Source: a virus
Reading direction: 5' to 3' (one strand)
Virus record (IMG/VR): IMGVR_UViG_3300045960_000093
Span: 4,211-68,210 of that record
DNA length: 64,000 bases
Made by a program: the position numbers and the translations under genes
Notes under the pieces: generated by a model
The model's input: the letters and a program-made list of their open reading frames with translations, nothing else
Databases searched by the model: none
What the model was told of the DNA's origin: nothing
Shown here: positions 18,101 to 27,631 of the stretch, piece by piece
How the letters are laid out: every line of letters begins with the position of its first letter
How positions within the stretch are numbered: position 1 is the stretch's first letter

Positions 18101-19795
18101 GTCGGTGATGGTCGTCGCCGAAGGTCCGATGATGGCCAAGATGGCCTTCTGGATGGTCTCGTCGGCCTCCTGGCCGTACCGGAGGCTACCGCCGGCGAGC
18201 GCCGTGGCGTCGTCGGTCGCGGTCCGGATGGTCGACATGTCGTAGTAGACGACCCGAATCGTTTGCGGCGTGCTTGGGAACGTGCTCGGGATCGCACCGT
18301 TGGGGAACGCCAAGAATCGGATGAACGGGTCACGCCAGAAGCGGCCATCCGTCGTGACCGTAACGGTGCCCAGAGAACCGCTGGTGCTGGGGTTCAGGTA
18401 GACTGGCCCGAAGTCGACGGACGCGAGCTCCAGGGTCCACTTGTCGACTACCTTGGTGACACGGTACGAGCCGGTGTTCGAGTACGGGATGTTGGGGGCC
18501 GCGCCGGCCCACACCACCAGGTCGCCCTCGCGAACGATCGGCGCCGCATCGGTCCCGAAGTCGGCGCCGGCGCAGTAGATGCGGTTGTTCTTGTCGATCC
18601 GGGTGACCGCCGTGCTGGCCTGCTTGGTGCCGTAGGAGTTCTCGATCCGAACGCCGCCGAGCTCCGGCGCCTTGTCGTAGACGCCGTCGACCAGGCAACG
18701 GACCGTCTGCACCTGATCGAGAGAGCCAGTGCGCCCCGACTCCGTGATCTGGTACTTGACCCCGGTGCCTGGTACCACCGGGTTGATGATGACCTCGGTG
18801 GGGCTGTGGTACTCGATGATCTTGAGCAGCACCCCGTTCAACGCCGACGGGCCACCCGACAGGTTCGTGGGCTTGACGTAGTAGTCGCCGGTCTCGTGAA
18901 TCGGAAGGAACGGAGCGCTGGCGGATGTGACGACCTGGTACAGCTTGTCGGAGTCCCACGCGAAGTTCAGGTCCGTGTAGGTCGTACCTTGGACGTCGTT
19001 CTCCTTGACGAGCTCTCGGCCATCGCTGTCGAGGATCGCGAACCACTTCTCCAACACCGAGGTGCTGGGCGCCGTCGCGTCACCCGTGTAGACCCAACCG
19101 GAGAGCTGTATGCCTTCCTGGTTCGGAGAGCGAACCGAGTAGGTCGTCTCCAGCTCGGCCCTCTTGGCGATGCGCTTCTTGTCGAGCAGCAGCCCCGAAC
19201 GGTCGCTGTTGACCGCCAGCTGGAACGTCATGCGGTTGAACACGCTGGACTCGAACTGCTCACCCTCCATCCACGAGAGCTGACCCGGGTTGGCGACTTG
19301 GCGGTCGGGATCGATGTTCTGCGCCTGCCGGAGGTCACCGCCTCTGGAGACCGTTTCGGCAAACAGTCCGAGCTCCGACAGAACCGACGAGCCCGCGGTC
19401 ACCAAGGTCTCGATCCGCAGGTAGCTGTTGGCCCCAAGGCGAGGGCTCATCAGACGCAGGAAGCCGTTGTCGTTGAACGCCACCACCTCGTTCATGCACG
19501 ACGAGGAGTTGATGCGCGCCACGACCTGGTCGAGCGTGTGAGGGTCTGAGGACACGAACGAGACAGTCTTCTGGATGGGAGCGTACGGGAACGCCGGGTC
19601 GTCGATCCACAGGTAGAACGACTTCCCCGACACGTCGAACCCCAACGGGGTCTCACGCTGAACGCCCAAGATGGTCGCTTGCGCGTTGAGCGTTCTTGGC
19701 AACGTGAGCGGGGTGCCGCCGGAGCTGTAGGACGGAAGGATGGGCCAGGAGCCCATCAAAGTGCCGACGTCAGTGTGTTGGAACGGTGCCGGCAT
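15164..19795 (-). CDS. Tail fibre protein 2 with C-terminal peptidase S74 intramolecular chaperone
   Basis: SSIRFKQDVEKL...PVTFRFK...GFIAEE plus terminal coiled coil; FN3-like segment YYYRVAGV...LTWDRVAGA. Confidence 0.87.
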   Translation of the reverse strand: MPAPFQHTDVGTLMGSWPILPSYSSGGTPLTLPRTLNAQATILGVQRETPLGFDVSGKSFYLWIDDPAFPYAPIQKTVSFVSSDPHTLDQVVARINSSSCMNEVVAFNDNGFLRLMSPRLGANSYLRIETLVTAGSSVLSELGLFAETVSRGGDLRQAQNIDPDRQVANPGQLSWMEGEQFESSVFNRMTFQLAVNSDRSGLLLDKKRIAKRAELETTYSVRSPNQEGIQLSGWVYTGDATAPSTSVLEKWFAILDSDGRELVKENDVQGTTYTDLNFAWDSDKLYQVVTSASAPFLPIHETGDYYVKPTNLSGGPSALNGVLLKIIEYHSPTEVIINPVVPGTGVKYQITESGRTGSLDQVQTVRCLVDGVYDKAPELGGVRIENSYGTKQASTAVTRIDKNNRIYCAGADFGTDAAPIVREGDLVVWAGAAPNIPYSNTGSYRVTKVVDKWTLELASVDFGPVYLNPSTSGSLGTVTVTTDGRFWRDPFIRFLAFPNGAIPSTFPSTPQTIRVVYYDMSTIRTATDDATALAGGSLRYGQEADETIQKAILAIIGPSATTITDYLYGSRESNLENIFNLFWLEHHNDSGRHATIRPDVINMEPGNTGNTVIVRNTATDESNHNLKVILRNAADSVTLSDMSADGYFGSLHTNIYPRTSLWAGNGQAFSLEMAQSYDAFLFTTVVAGASIVAADTYYYRVAGVAPDGTYGPPNLTEEPAVVPTSNDKYVRLTWDRVAGAARYVLFRRRLSNPTVWEELVTDLNTGTPGACAYEDFGYSWNPASITPAALATNFQGATSKIRGQTSSWIGTPLAVNGGTLDNATFSVSGPSSGLGKIAAFYRPSGSVNQGTSYQGVGSPLMVLDMETGTTPATQHIAKWEFKRWNGSTWSLISDLRVLGDANTSTFNFRDNGANNDVIVSVDTTNGGQITVQRTATGNAAFVSTKAYGDSLSMTATSPSTTSTFGIRSGGNFYLTNGAANQPLLVGQSSGNAGIGFSSLDTTISSTYRLDVNAALRVANETAGGDSYLRVGGRQTTDAASYIDLVGDSTYTTYGLRIVRNGGSAGTTQIAQRGVGNLIFSTYGPISGPYNGEYGNFCFMPGIASGNMRGLYINSTSQNALYPLFYVDKHFQIGTPSETRYLTHLHTSYSNMFPQAGGQTGSVIGQYIEVERDLSDVNGVLFDTICGQQVDVSQFGSGYNSTISNLSGLKINVSPYAGGTSTFTSAYGCDVYLAKPYGGGSAVGGFAYGFRSTVACGANFAYSAAEGYRAVVGFSDSQSAGNSMTAYSFHSASCLGSFAAAFMGEGTGNVYTGTAWGVFLDGITSTAGGTYGMGGFAARNISGGAGSYFTHGMSLYNITAAATQGAIGVRVDTITSAGLVYGMSITGLSTSWVNAGNRAYGISVNYISLPAGWNGLAAGIIVYSPRVSGVATQPAIQHGDTTANLSATGQWNPGSSIRFKQDVEKLSADDAGRILDQLSPVTFRFKTALEDGPKAGFIAEEMPELVATSEKTTLNVPSIISVLTKALQSLKAEVADLKRQLATA

Positions 19796-19804
19796 CGAGC
19801 TCTC

Positions 19805-20398
19805 CTACACGAACCGGAAGTCCCAGCGAACCTCGAGGGTGAAGTCTACCGTCTTCGACAGCCCGTCGAAAGCTTTGTAGGCGATGACGGAGTTGTTCCC
19901 GCTGGTGGGATTCAACATCGTCGCGGACGGGAGGCCGATGGGGTCGTAGCTGACGTCATCGAACGCCCCGTTGTTGGCCGGGCTGACGTCAGCCAGAAGG
20001 GCAGCTTCCGAGACGACGACCGGGACGCCGGCGATCGTGATCTCGGACGTCCCGAACTCCTTGATGAAGCGCGCCGTCGTGCTGTTGGGGTACTCGACGG
20101 TCTGGATGGGGCGGATGTAGTCGGTCGAGGTGGCCAACGTGGGCTGCGCGAGCTTCGTGACGGTCGCGGACTCCAACTGCGACCCGATGCCTACCCCCAT
20201 CCAACGGACTCGGCGATTCGTGTACGCGATGTCGGTCCCCGAGATGGTCTGCCAGGCAATCAGCTTCGCCAGCCAGTTCTTGCCGTTGGTCGTGAAGACG
20301 TTGTGGCCCTCGCGGTGCGAGCCGGGAACGATCTTGCCGCGCTCTCGCATGACCATCCAGATGTTGGCTTCGATGGAGATGTTGTCCGACAGGCGCAT
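19805..20398 (-). CDS. Baseplate/tail-fibre attachment-like structural protein
   Basis: GHNVFTTNG...MGVGIG...SEAAL...WDFRF; paralog of 20409-21164. Confidence 0.55.
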   Translation of the reverse strand: MRLSDNISIEANIWMVMRERGKIVPGSHREGHNVFTTNGKNWLAKLIAWQTISGTDIAYTNRRVRWMGVGIGSQLESATVTKLAQPTLATSTDYIRPIQTVEYPNSTTARFIKEFGTSEITIAGVPVVVSEAALLADVSPANNGAFDDVSYDPIGLPSATMLNPTSGNNSVIAYKAFDGLSKTVDFTLEVRWDFRFV

Positions 20399-20408
20399 GA
20401 TGACCCCT

Positions 20409-21164
20409 TCAGAACTTGAGCTGCCAGTAGATCTGCATGGTGTATTCCGCGATCAGCACCAGGCCCTCAAAGGACTTGTATGCCACGACTGGGACCAAAG
20501 ATGAACGCTCGGAGAACTGCCACGTAACCCCCGTCTCCGGAGAGCCCCACAGCGCACTGGAGATCTCCAAAGAGGTTGGGCTGAGCACCCGGATGACGCG
20601 GTAGTTACCCGGATGGGCGCCGGTGGTGGCCCGAAACGGCTGCTCCTCGTGGATGGGTGTGAGGCCAGACAGCCCGGTCACCGTGGTGACGCTTCCTACG
20701 CTGGCGGCAATCGAAGCTCCTGTTCCGCCCATCAACGGGCTCTGACCGACCGTGAGCCCGGCCTCCGAGATGATCTTCGGTATCGACGGCGTGAACAACG
20801 AAACGGTGAACGACGTGTAGGCCATCACCGACGACACCGTCGGGAACGACATCGCGATGATGGGCTTCCAGTATGCGCCCGCCGCGATACCCGGCATCGC
20901 CAGCGGCGTCACGAGCCGCAGGACGTTCTTGTTCTCTAGCTGAGTGCCACTTCCGATGCCCATGTAGCGCAGCCGCCAGTCTGTGTGGGCAGCTTCCGCG
21001 GGTAGAGGATCGACGTCTGGGTCCGCGATGGTCTTCCAGCTCATCAGATAGGTGAGCCACTTCTCTCCGTAGGTGGTGAAGACGTTGTGCCCTTCACGCA
21101 GCGTACCGGGAACGATCTTCCCTCGTTCGCGGCAGAGCGCTCGGAAGTTGACGCCCTCCCTCAT
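20409..21164 (-). CDS. Baseplate/tail-fibre attachment-like protein (paralog carrying an inserted beta module)
   Basis: RERGKIVPG..REGHNVFTT.G..WL shared with 19805-20398. Confidence 0.55.
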   Translation of the reverse strand: MREGVNFRALCRERGKIVPGTLREGHNVFTTYGEKWLTYLMSWKTIADPDVDPLPAEAAHTDWRLRYMGIGSGTQLENKNVLRLVTPLAMPGIAAGAYWKPIIAMSFPTVSSVMAYTSFTVSLFTPSIPKIISEAGLTVGQSPLMGGTGASIAASVGSVTTVTGLSGLTPIHEEQPFRATTGAHPGNYRVIRVLSPTSLEISSALWGSPETGVTWQFSERSSLVPVVAYKSFEGLVLIAEYTMQIYWQLKF

Positions 21165-21538
21165 GCCATCCTCCGCGACAGGACGAAGTTGTAGACCTCG
21201 GGGCCTACCGTCAGCGTCTCATAGACCGTGATGACGGTGTCCGTCACGGACCTCACGGTCAGCGTCATGCCGTTGTTCGGGCCGCTGCCGCCGTCATCTA
21301 GGCCCGAGATGATGTCCCCTTGCCGAATGCCGAGCTTGTTCGGGGCCAGCGTAGCCGGGCCCCAGAACTCGTACGTGGTTCCCGTGTAGGCTGGATTCCG
21401 AATGAGCGTGTGGGTCCCGTTGGCCACCAAGCCGTTTCCGTTGAGGCCGGTGCAGACGAGCTCGATGTCGAAGCGCTCTGTAGGCGACAGCTCGGAGAAG
21501 CGCTCGAAGAAGGATCGGTGGATGGGGTCTATCGCCAT
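21161..21538 (-). CDS. Small structural protein with beta module
   Basis: GIRQGDII...NNGMTLTVRSV; translationally coupled. Confidence 0.55.
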   Translation of the reverse strand: MAIDPIHRSFFERFSELSPTERFDIELVCTGLNGNGLVANGTHTLIRNPAYTGTTYEFWGPATLAPNKLGIRQGDIISGLDDGGSGPNNGMTLTVRSVTDTVITVYETLTVGPEVYNFVLSRRMA

Positions 21539-21539
21539 G

Positions 21540-24500
21540 TTACGGCCCCACCTGCAGGTACAGCGTCGCCTGCCCGTCCCCGGTGTCGGAAGTTGCCGAA
21601 GGCCGATCGATCACAACGTGCCCAGCGTCGACGTACTGCGTGATCATAAACGTCCCATCATTCGACGGGTTCTGCGAGTTGCTGACCGAAACGAAGGTAC
21701 CAACCATCCCGGGAGTGAAGACGCCTTGAATGCTCCCCAACCCGATGTCGAGGACCTCGAGCTGGACGTCCAAGCCGGCGACGGTGCGAGCTCCGTAGAC
21801 CAGCCCGTGCTGTAGCGACGGCCGAACGATGCGAAAGGTTTGACCCGACGCTACCGAGGTGAGGGCCGCATCGCCATCGGCGCGGCGCAGTTGCCCGCCG
21901 GTGTCCGTCAAGTACGGCGGCCGCGGCCGATACCGGACGTTGACGTTGGGGCCAAAGCTGTCGGCCCCGGTCCCGTACGGGCTGTAGATCGCCACCGAGG
22001 TGGGGCTCAAGTAGCTGACGATCTTGTACGTCCCCGGGTGGTCGGAGTTGGTGATCTCCAGATACCAGCCGACGTCGTTGGCCGTCATGCCGCTCAGACC
22101 CGTGATGGGCATCGTACCGGTCAACCAGGTGAGGCTCGACGGCCACACGCGCTCCACCACATCCAGCACGTACTCCCCAAGGTTCGGCCCACTCTCGATC
22201 GTCAGATGGTCCCCGACCTGTACGTCATTCGACAGCAGGGCCGCCGAGGCGCTGCTCGCGAGACCCGTGGCGTCGGTCTCCAGGTCGGTGCCTCGCAACA
22301 GAGTTCCTGACTGACGACGAAGGACCGAAGCCGTCAAGAGCTGAGTGCCGCTGTAGGAGAACAGGCCGCTATCGAGTAGCGGGTAGTTGAGCGAAGCGAG
22401 CTCCGACAGAGGGGCCGCAGAGCGCAGCACCGCGGTGTTGGGGTTCACGACGGTCAGGATCTCGTACAGCCCAGGGTTCAACATGCCGGCGCCAGGTTGC
22501 CCGGCGTGGATGTACAGCAAGTCCCCCTCGACCTCTGGCAGGCCTCCAGCCGCGGCCTGACGCCCTCGTGCACCACCCCACCCCGTCGCGGAGGTGGCCA
22601 CTACCCATGGAGCATTTTCGGCGGTCACGACGTCCCGCAGTGTCTTGAGGATTCTGGTCTGGAACGGGCGCGACCCCAGGTTCCACAGGACGGCGCCTTG
22701 GTGGTTGTCATCGGTCGCGCGGTTCGTAGCCTCGAGCCCTGTGACGTTGTCGTAGAGCTTGATCCTGATGGCGCCGCCGACCGTGTCCGCAACCTCGATG
22801 TCGTCCGCGACCGAGTGGACCAGAGTGGCGATGACCTTCGTGTAGGTCGGCTTGATGGACCGGATGAAGTCCAAAGCAAACTGGACGTCCGAGGAATCGA
22901 ACACCGAGCTGTCGATCAGGATCTTGAACACGAAGTACTTGAGGATCTCCAACCCGAACAGCGAGCGCTCCCACCACATCGGGGTCTTGACGTAGTCCTG
23001 GACGTCAACGCCCTTGCAGATCGCCGCGTAGGCCTCGATGGTGTCCCCGGCGTTGTAGGGGTTGCCGGTCGCCGGGTTGGTCTCGAGGCCCACGGACATC
23101 GGGTAGAAGTAGACTCGTCGGTTGCCGGTCGGTTTCCAGTTCAGGTCCAGGTCTTCGATGAGCAGCCGGCCCAGCGCTTTCCCTTGGCTGTCCGTGGTGA
23201 AGTTCGCCTGGTGCTCGAGGATCAGGCCCTTCTCGTCCGTGAACGGGAGGCCCAGCAAGATCTGCATGCCGAGCCGAAGGTTGTTGACCGTGGGCCCGTT
23301 CGTGTAGGCGAACACCAACCCTTTGACGGCGCTCAGGTAGGGCGCCCGAGTCTTCTTGGCCGTCAGGTCGTTCCGGTTCAGGCGGACCAGGCGACCGAAG
23401 TTCTCTTCGATCCGGTCAGAGTTGTCGAGCAGCGCGAGCTCCGACCAGAACTCCTCGGGCGACGGGGCCTTGGGAGAGAACAGCTTGTTGACGAACGTCA
23501 GGGTCCCGTTCTCGATCGTGTAGTCCAGGTTCTCAAGCAGAATGGTCGGAGGGTCGGCCGGCGACTCCTGCAAAGCCGGTAGGCTGACCAGCGTGGGGTC
23601 GATGGCGACCGCCTTGTTGTGCAGCACGGTCTTCGCCCGCATCGAGATCTTGTACTCACTGAAGCGCCGCTGCACGAGGTTGATGCCCGGAGGGATGTAG
23701 GCGATCAGAGTCTCGGCCATCGCGGCGATGTCGCGGTCCGACGACTGGGCAGGCACCATCCTCAGATCGACGACGAGCTGCCGGAACAGCGCCCGCTCAA
23801 CATCGGCCCCTTGGCGGCCCCGCTCCACCCAGGAGATCGCCGGGTTGCCGCTGTCGGCCCCGACGGCCAGGGGATTGCGGATCGTGACGGTGTTCTCGTC
23901 GACGTACGAAACGACCTTGTACCGGCCGGGGTTGTCGCCGTTCAGGATCTCCAGCCAGCTGCCAACGCTGGTGGGCCGCATGCCCGACAGACCGCTGACC
24001 GTTACGACGCCGCCGGATGCCACCACGCTGGCCGCCGAGCCGGAGTTGGTCGGCTCCGAGAGGTCGTCGGTGGTGAACTCGAACGACAGACGATCTCCAG
24101 CGGCCCCAACGACGCGAGCTCGGAGCTCCGCGCTGATCTTCGCGTCATGGCGCGTCACCTCGAGGACCAGAACATCACCCGCCGACACGCCGCGGGCCTG
24201 GAACTGGGCACCTGGGACATGCAGAAGATGCGACAGCCGCCAGCTGGCCCCGACGATGCCGTCTGACAGCGTCGAGTTTCGTAGGAACACCACCGAGTAC
24301 GGGCGGCCGATAGCGTACGACTGCGCGGTGCCGGTCTTGAAGCTGGGAACCGGTCCACCGGGGGGATCGGCCAGGTAGGCGACCGCGACTTGGGTGGTCG
24401 ACACCGTCTTGACGAGGTACGTGCCGGCGTTCTCCCCGCTGCGAATCACCAGACGGTCACCGGCTTGAACGCCTGCCGCTATGAAGTCGGTCGGGAGCTC

Positions 24501-25406
24501 GATGGTGCCCGTCGAGGTCAGGATGTTGCTTCCGAGCGTCGTGGCGCCGTCGGTGTCGGAGGACAGCAGCAAGCCCTTGTTGGCAACCCGCTCGATGATG
24601 TGCCCTTGGCCGTTGACGCACAGCAGCCGGCCCTTGGCGCCGAAGTTGCCGTTGAGGTTCGTGAAGTCCGTCCGGTCGCCGTCGCCTGGGTTCCCGAGGG
24701 GGACGTAGAACACCGTGGTGTTGCCGGTACCGGGGGTCTGGCCGATGTTGCCAGACCGGCCGTTGAGGCCGGCGTCGGTCTTGCCGACGATGATGCGCTG
24801 GTCTGTGTAGGGCGTCAGGTCGGTGCGCATCGAGACGCGCTGCCACCGGCGCTGCTTGGTCGTCTGGATGGTGGCCAGCGACTTGTTGAGGTCGTGGTCC
24901 CACAGCGTGATGACCTCGGCGCCGAGCTCCTGGATGATGCCGGACCAGATGGTGGTGAGCTTCTCTCGGTCCTCGACGAGGTTCCAGAAGTCCGAGATGT
25001 AGTTCCACAGGAACTGGGCGTCCGGGACGATGTTCTCCCCGACGGGGACCTGGCTGTACTGGATGGTGACGCTGGCCGAGACGGGGTCACTGGTGAGCTC
25101 GCCGTCATCGACGGTGAGCGCCACCACGTAGGTTCCGACCTTGTCGGGGATGAACGAGACGGCGGCCGCGCGGGGCCGGATCTCTTTGAAACCGGAGGTC
25201 TCTACTTCGCTACCGAGCGGGGTCTGAGCGAACTTCCAGTGGTAGTTGAGCGGCGTCCGCTCGGGGTCGTAGCTCTTGCGTCCATCGAGCTGGATGATGG
25301 AGCCCAGCAGCGCACTGACCCTCGTAAGGGCCAGCTGCGCCACAGGCTTCTGGTTCTGTGGCCCGACCGTGAAGGTCGTGAACTTTTGAGAACTTTCGCC
25401 GCTCAT
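21540..25406 (-). CDS. Large baseplate/virion protein with N-terminal PKD/Ig-like domain
   Basis: LDGRKSYDPE...YHWKF...FIPDKVGTYVVALTVDDG PKD pattern; GPTVNNLRLG and IKPTYT wedge-like motifs. Confidence 0.7.
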   Translation of the reverse strand: MSGESSQKFTTFTVGPQNQKPVAQLALTRVSALLGSIIQLDGRKSYDPERTPLNYHWKFAQTPLGSEVETSGFKEIRPRAAAVSFIPDKVGTYVVALTVDDGELTSDPVSASVTIQYSQVPVGENIVPDAQFLWNYISDFWNLVEDREKLTTIWSGIIQELGAEVITLWDHDLNKSLATIQTTKQRRWQRVSMRTDLTPYTDQRIIVGKTDAGLNGRSGNIGQTPGTGNTTVFYVPLGNPGDGDRTDFTNLNGNFGAKGRLLCVNGQGHIIERVANKGLLLSSDTDGATTLGSNILTSTGTIELPTDFIAAGVQAGDRLVIRSGENAGTYLVKTVSTTQVAVAYLADPPGGPVPSFKTGTAQSYAIGRPYSVVFLRNSTLSDGIVGASWRLSHLLHVPGAQFQARGVSAGDVLVLEVTRHDAKISAELRARVVGAAGDRLSFEFTTDDLSEPTNSGSAASVVASGGVVTVSGLSGMRPTSVGSWLEILNGDNPGRYKVVSYVDENTVTIRNPLAVGADSGNPAISWVERGRQGADVERALFRQLVVDLRMVPAQSSDRDIAAMAETLIAYIPPGINLVQRRFSEYKISMRAKTVLHNKAVAIDPTLVSLPALQESPADPPTILLENLDYTIENGTLTFVNKLFSPKAPSPEEFWSELALLDNSDRIEENFGRLVRLNRNDLTAKKTRAPYLSAVKGLVFAYTNGPTVNNLRLGMQILLGLPFTDEKGLILEHQANFTTDSQGKALGRLLIEDLDLNWKPTGNRRVYFYPMSVGLETNPATGNPYNAGDTIEAYAAICKGVDVQDYVKTPMWWERSLFGLEILKYFVFKILIDSSVFDSSDVQFALDFIRSIKPTYTKVIATLVHSVADDIEVADTVGGAIRIKLYDNVTGLEATNRATDDNHQGAVLWNLGSRPFQTRILKTLRDVVTAENAPWVVATSATGWGGARGRQAAAGGLPEVEGDLLYIHAGQPGAGMLNPGLYEILTVVNPNTAVLRSAAPLSELASLNYPLLDSGLFSYSGTQLLTASVLRRQSGTLLRGTDLETDATGLASSASAALLSNDVQVGDHLTIESGPNLGEYVLDVVERVWPSSLTWLTGTMPITGLSGMTANDVGWYLEITNSDHPGTYKIVSYLSPTSVAIYSPYGTGADSFGPNVNVRYRPRPPYLTDTGGQLRRADGDAALTSVASGQTFRIVRPSLQHGLVYGARTVAGLDVQLEVLDIGLGSIQGVFTPGMVGTFVSVSNSQNPSNDGTFMITQYVDAGHVVIDRPSATSDTGDGQATLYLQVGP

Positions 25407-25415
25407 TCCAGCTCA

Positions 25416-26147
25416 TCAGGCGGAGTAGAAGCACTCCAACCAGTCGACGTACGTTTCATACAGGGACCCGGCGCCGGCGTCTACCTGCGCGCCAAAGCCG
25501 ACGCCCGCATAGGCCGGGACGTTGTCCACGAGCTCCGAGATCGCCGCTACGCCGCCACTGATTCGCGTCCACACCGGACTCGGCGGCGGATTGACGTAGG
25601 GGTCGCTCTCGAACACCTGCAAGTAAGCATCGCCGTTGGGCTGCCGCAAGAAGTCCAGGCGCAAGTGACGCCACTTGTAGCCGCCCAGGGAACCCGAGAC
25701 CGGGGTTCCAGACCAGAGAGAGGTCTGCACGCCGGCGACCGTTCGGTAGAGGTTCAGGTTCCACTGGGGAATGGTGCCGTCCTGCCAAAGCGCCAAGTGG
25801 TACCCGTTGTTGGAGATCGCCTTGGTGCTCGAGGCCGTGCTGGGCACCGCATCATCCATCCGGACCCCGAGGATCGCACACTGATTGCCAGGGTTGCGAA
25901 GCCCGAGATTGAACAGCCCACGAACGCTGACGTCTTTCTGCGTGGTGAACTGCGCGGCGTCGACACCGTTGTACTTGAAGCGCACCCGGCCCTCTCCAGA
26001 ACCGCCGGCCGAGATGTCGACCTTCCGGCACCAGGTGTCGAACGACAGCTTGTTGCCCGGGACGTTCACGTGCTGGAAAGCGTTGTGAACGATGTTGGTG
26101 TTGGCCGGCGCTATGGCGGCCAAGATGTTCCAGTCGCTCGCACCCAT
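25416..26147 (-). CDS. Beta-sandwich (lectin-like) virion protein
   Basis: 243 aa, W/Y/G-rich; ends in GFG...YVDWLEC. Confidence 0.55.
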   Translation of the reverse strand: MGASDWNILAAIAPANTNIVHNAFQHVNVPGNKLSFDTWCRKVDISAGGSGEGRVRFKYNGVDAAQFTTQKDVSVRGLFNLGLRNPGNQCAILGVRMDDAVPSTASSTKAISNNGYHLALWQDGTIPQWNLNLYRTVAGVQTSLWSGTPVSGSLGGYKWRHLRLDFLRQPNGDAYLQVFESDPYVNPPPSPVWTRISGGVAAISELVDNVPAYAGVGFGAQVDAGAGSLYETYVDWLECFYSA

Positions 26148-26156
26148 GTCGATCTC

Positions 26157-26918
26157 CTACGTCAAAGTCCCATACCGGAACGAGATGTTATTCCAGAGCG
26201 TGACCCCACCGCCACCACTACCGCCCGACACCGCGATACCCATCCTGTGTTGCCCAGAAACGTACGGAGCGAGGTAGTCTCGACGGTCGGTAGAAGGCCA
26301 TGTTCCGAACGCCGTCCACGCGGACCAGCCAACGTCGTTGATCGTGGTCAGCCGAGTCGCGGTAGTGTTGTAGCGATAGTAGAAGCGTGTGTTGGGCACG
26401 TCTCCCGAGTGCGTATCATCGAAGCCGCACGCCACCTCGAGCTGGACGAAGTAGCTGTTGAAACGAGGAATCACCACCGCCGAGTTGGCCCACGCGCTTA
26501 CCGTCTGACCATCGCTGACGCGATGCGCGTACAGGTATTGGTCCCCCGTCAGATGACTCCCACTGAAGCCGAAGAGGAGCCCCGTGACACTGGTGCCGTA
26601 GCCGACGATTGCTCCCGACAGGTTGGCGATTCCTTGCATCCAGAAGCCGCATGGTCCGTTGACGGTCGAACGGTTGCTGATGCACCCGCTGGCGATCTGG
26701 TACTTCGCCTTCGATGCTGCGGCGTCGAGCCCGTTGTACAGATACCCCAGGAGGTAGTACCCGCCCGAAGACTGCCGTGACCAGTGGTATGAGGTACTGC
26801 CGCCACCCGCCGGAGCGATGCTGCATCGGCCCTCGTTCCAGTTGCGCGCCGCGGCGTCGAGCCCCGTGCTCCCGGCGGCATCCTTCCAAGTCCACCTGGT
26901 GAAGTCGCCGGAAGCCAT
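26157..26918 (-). CDS. Beta-sandwich (lectin-like) virion protein
   Basis: Start MASGDF overlaps the upstream stop (TGATG); similar architecture to its neighbours. Confidence 0.55.
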   Translation of the reverse strand: MASGDFTRWTWKDAAGSTGLDAAARNWNEGRCSIAPAGGGSTSYHWSRQSSGGYYLLGYLYNGLDAAASKAKYQIASGCISNRSTVNGPCGFWMQGIANLSGAIVGYGTSVTGLLFGFSGSHLTGDQYLYAHRVSDGQTVSAWANSAVVIPRFNSYFVQLEVACGFDDTHSGDVPNTRFYYRYNTTATRLTTINDVGWSAWTAFGTWPSTDRRDYLAPYVSGQHRMGIAVSGGSGGGGVTLWNNISFRYGTLT

Positions 26919-27631
26919 CAGTCGATCCCCATGTTGATCCGGACCTGGTCGAAGTACACGTAGCAGTTGGTGAAGTCCGGAGAGCTTCCGCCGACACCGG
27001 CGTGCGCCACCCCGAAGCCCCAATAGCCAGGCTGGTTGGTCACCCCGCCGTGTCCGCTGTCGGTCGCGACCGTTGCCCACGACGTCCACCCGGCGGAACC
27101 AGGAGACGACAGCGCGGTGCCGTTGTTGTACCGCTGCTCGAGCAGCACGTTGCTCGAGACGTTCTTCGCACGAATCTCGAACTGGCACAGGCCGGGACTG
27201 TCACCGTTGAGCTTCGGGATCGTCCAGGTACTGCCTACCTGGGCAAAGACCCCGGACAGCACTCGGTACAGACGAACGTTGAACGGACCAACGCTTCCCG
27301 TCGTAGCGGCCTGGAACAGGCCGGCGAAGTAGCAGTTGAGGTGCGTCGCGAGCGTGGGAGTGGCGCTCTGCTGTCGAATCCATACTCCGTAGAGGTCGTA
27401 GAGGTTCCCCGTGGTGCCGGTGCGAAACGCTCCAGAGATCGACCCATCGCGCAACGGGAAGTTGCCAGCGAACGAGGGACCGTTGTAGAGCCAACCGACG
27501 ATCTGCCCGTTGACCTTACTGCCGAGCCGCATGAAGGCGCTGTAGCCCGAGCCGCTGGTCAGCGTCCCGCCACCGCGCTCACGAACCCCCATCGGCGGGG
27601 CTTCTCGAAAGTTCCAGTTCGCGATCGACAT
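26918..27631 (-). CDS. Beta-sandwich (lectin-like) virion protein
   Basis: Start MSIANW overlaps the upstream stop (TGATG); GYWGFG...YFDQVRI terminus. Confidence 0.55.
   Translation of the reverse strand: MSIANWNFREAPPMGVRERGGGTLTSGSGYSAFMRLGSKVNGQIVGWLYNGPSFAGNFPLRDGSISGAFRTGTTGNLYDLYGVWIRQQSATPTLATHLNCYFAGLFQAATTGSVGPFNVRLYRVLSGVFAQVGSTWTIPKLNGDSPGLCQFEIRAKNVSSNVLLEQRYNNGTALSSPGSAGWTSWATVATDSGHGGVTNQPGYWGFGVAHAGVGGSSPDFTNCYVYFDQVRINMGID

Noticed and set aside
10854-19795. Diversity-generating retroelement or invertible fibre switch
   Set aside because: No reverse transcriptase, invertase, template/variable repeat pair or flanking inverted repeats noticed
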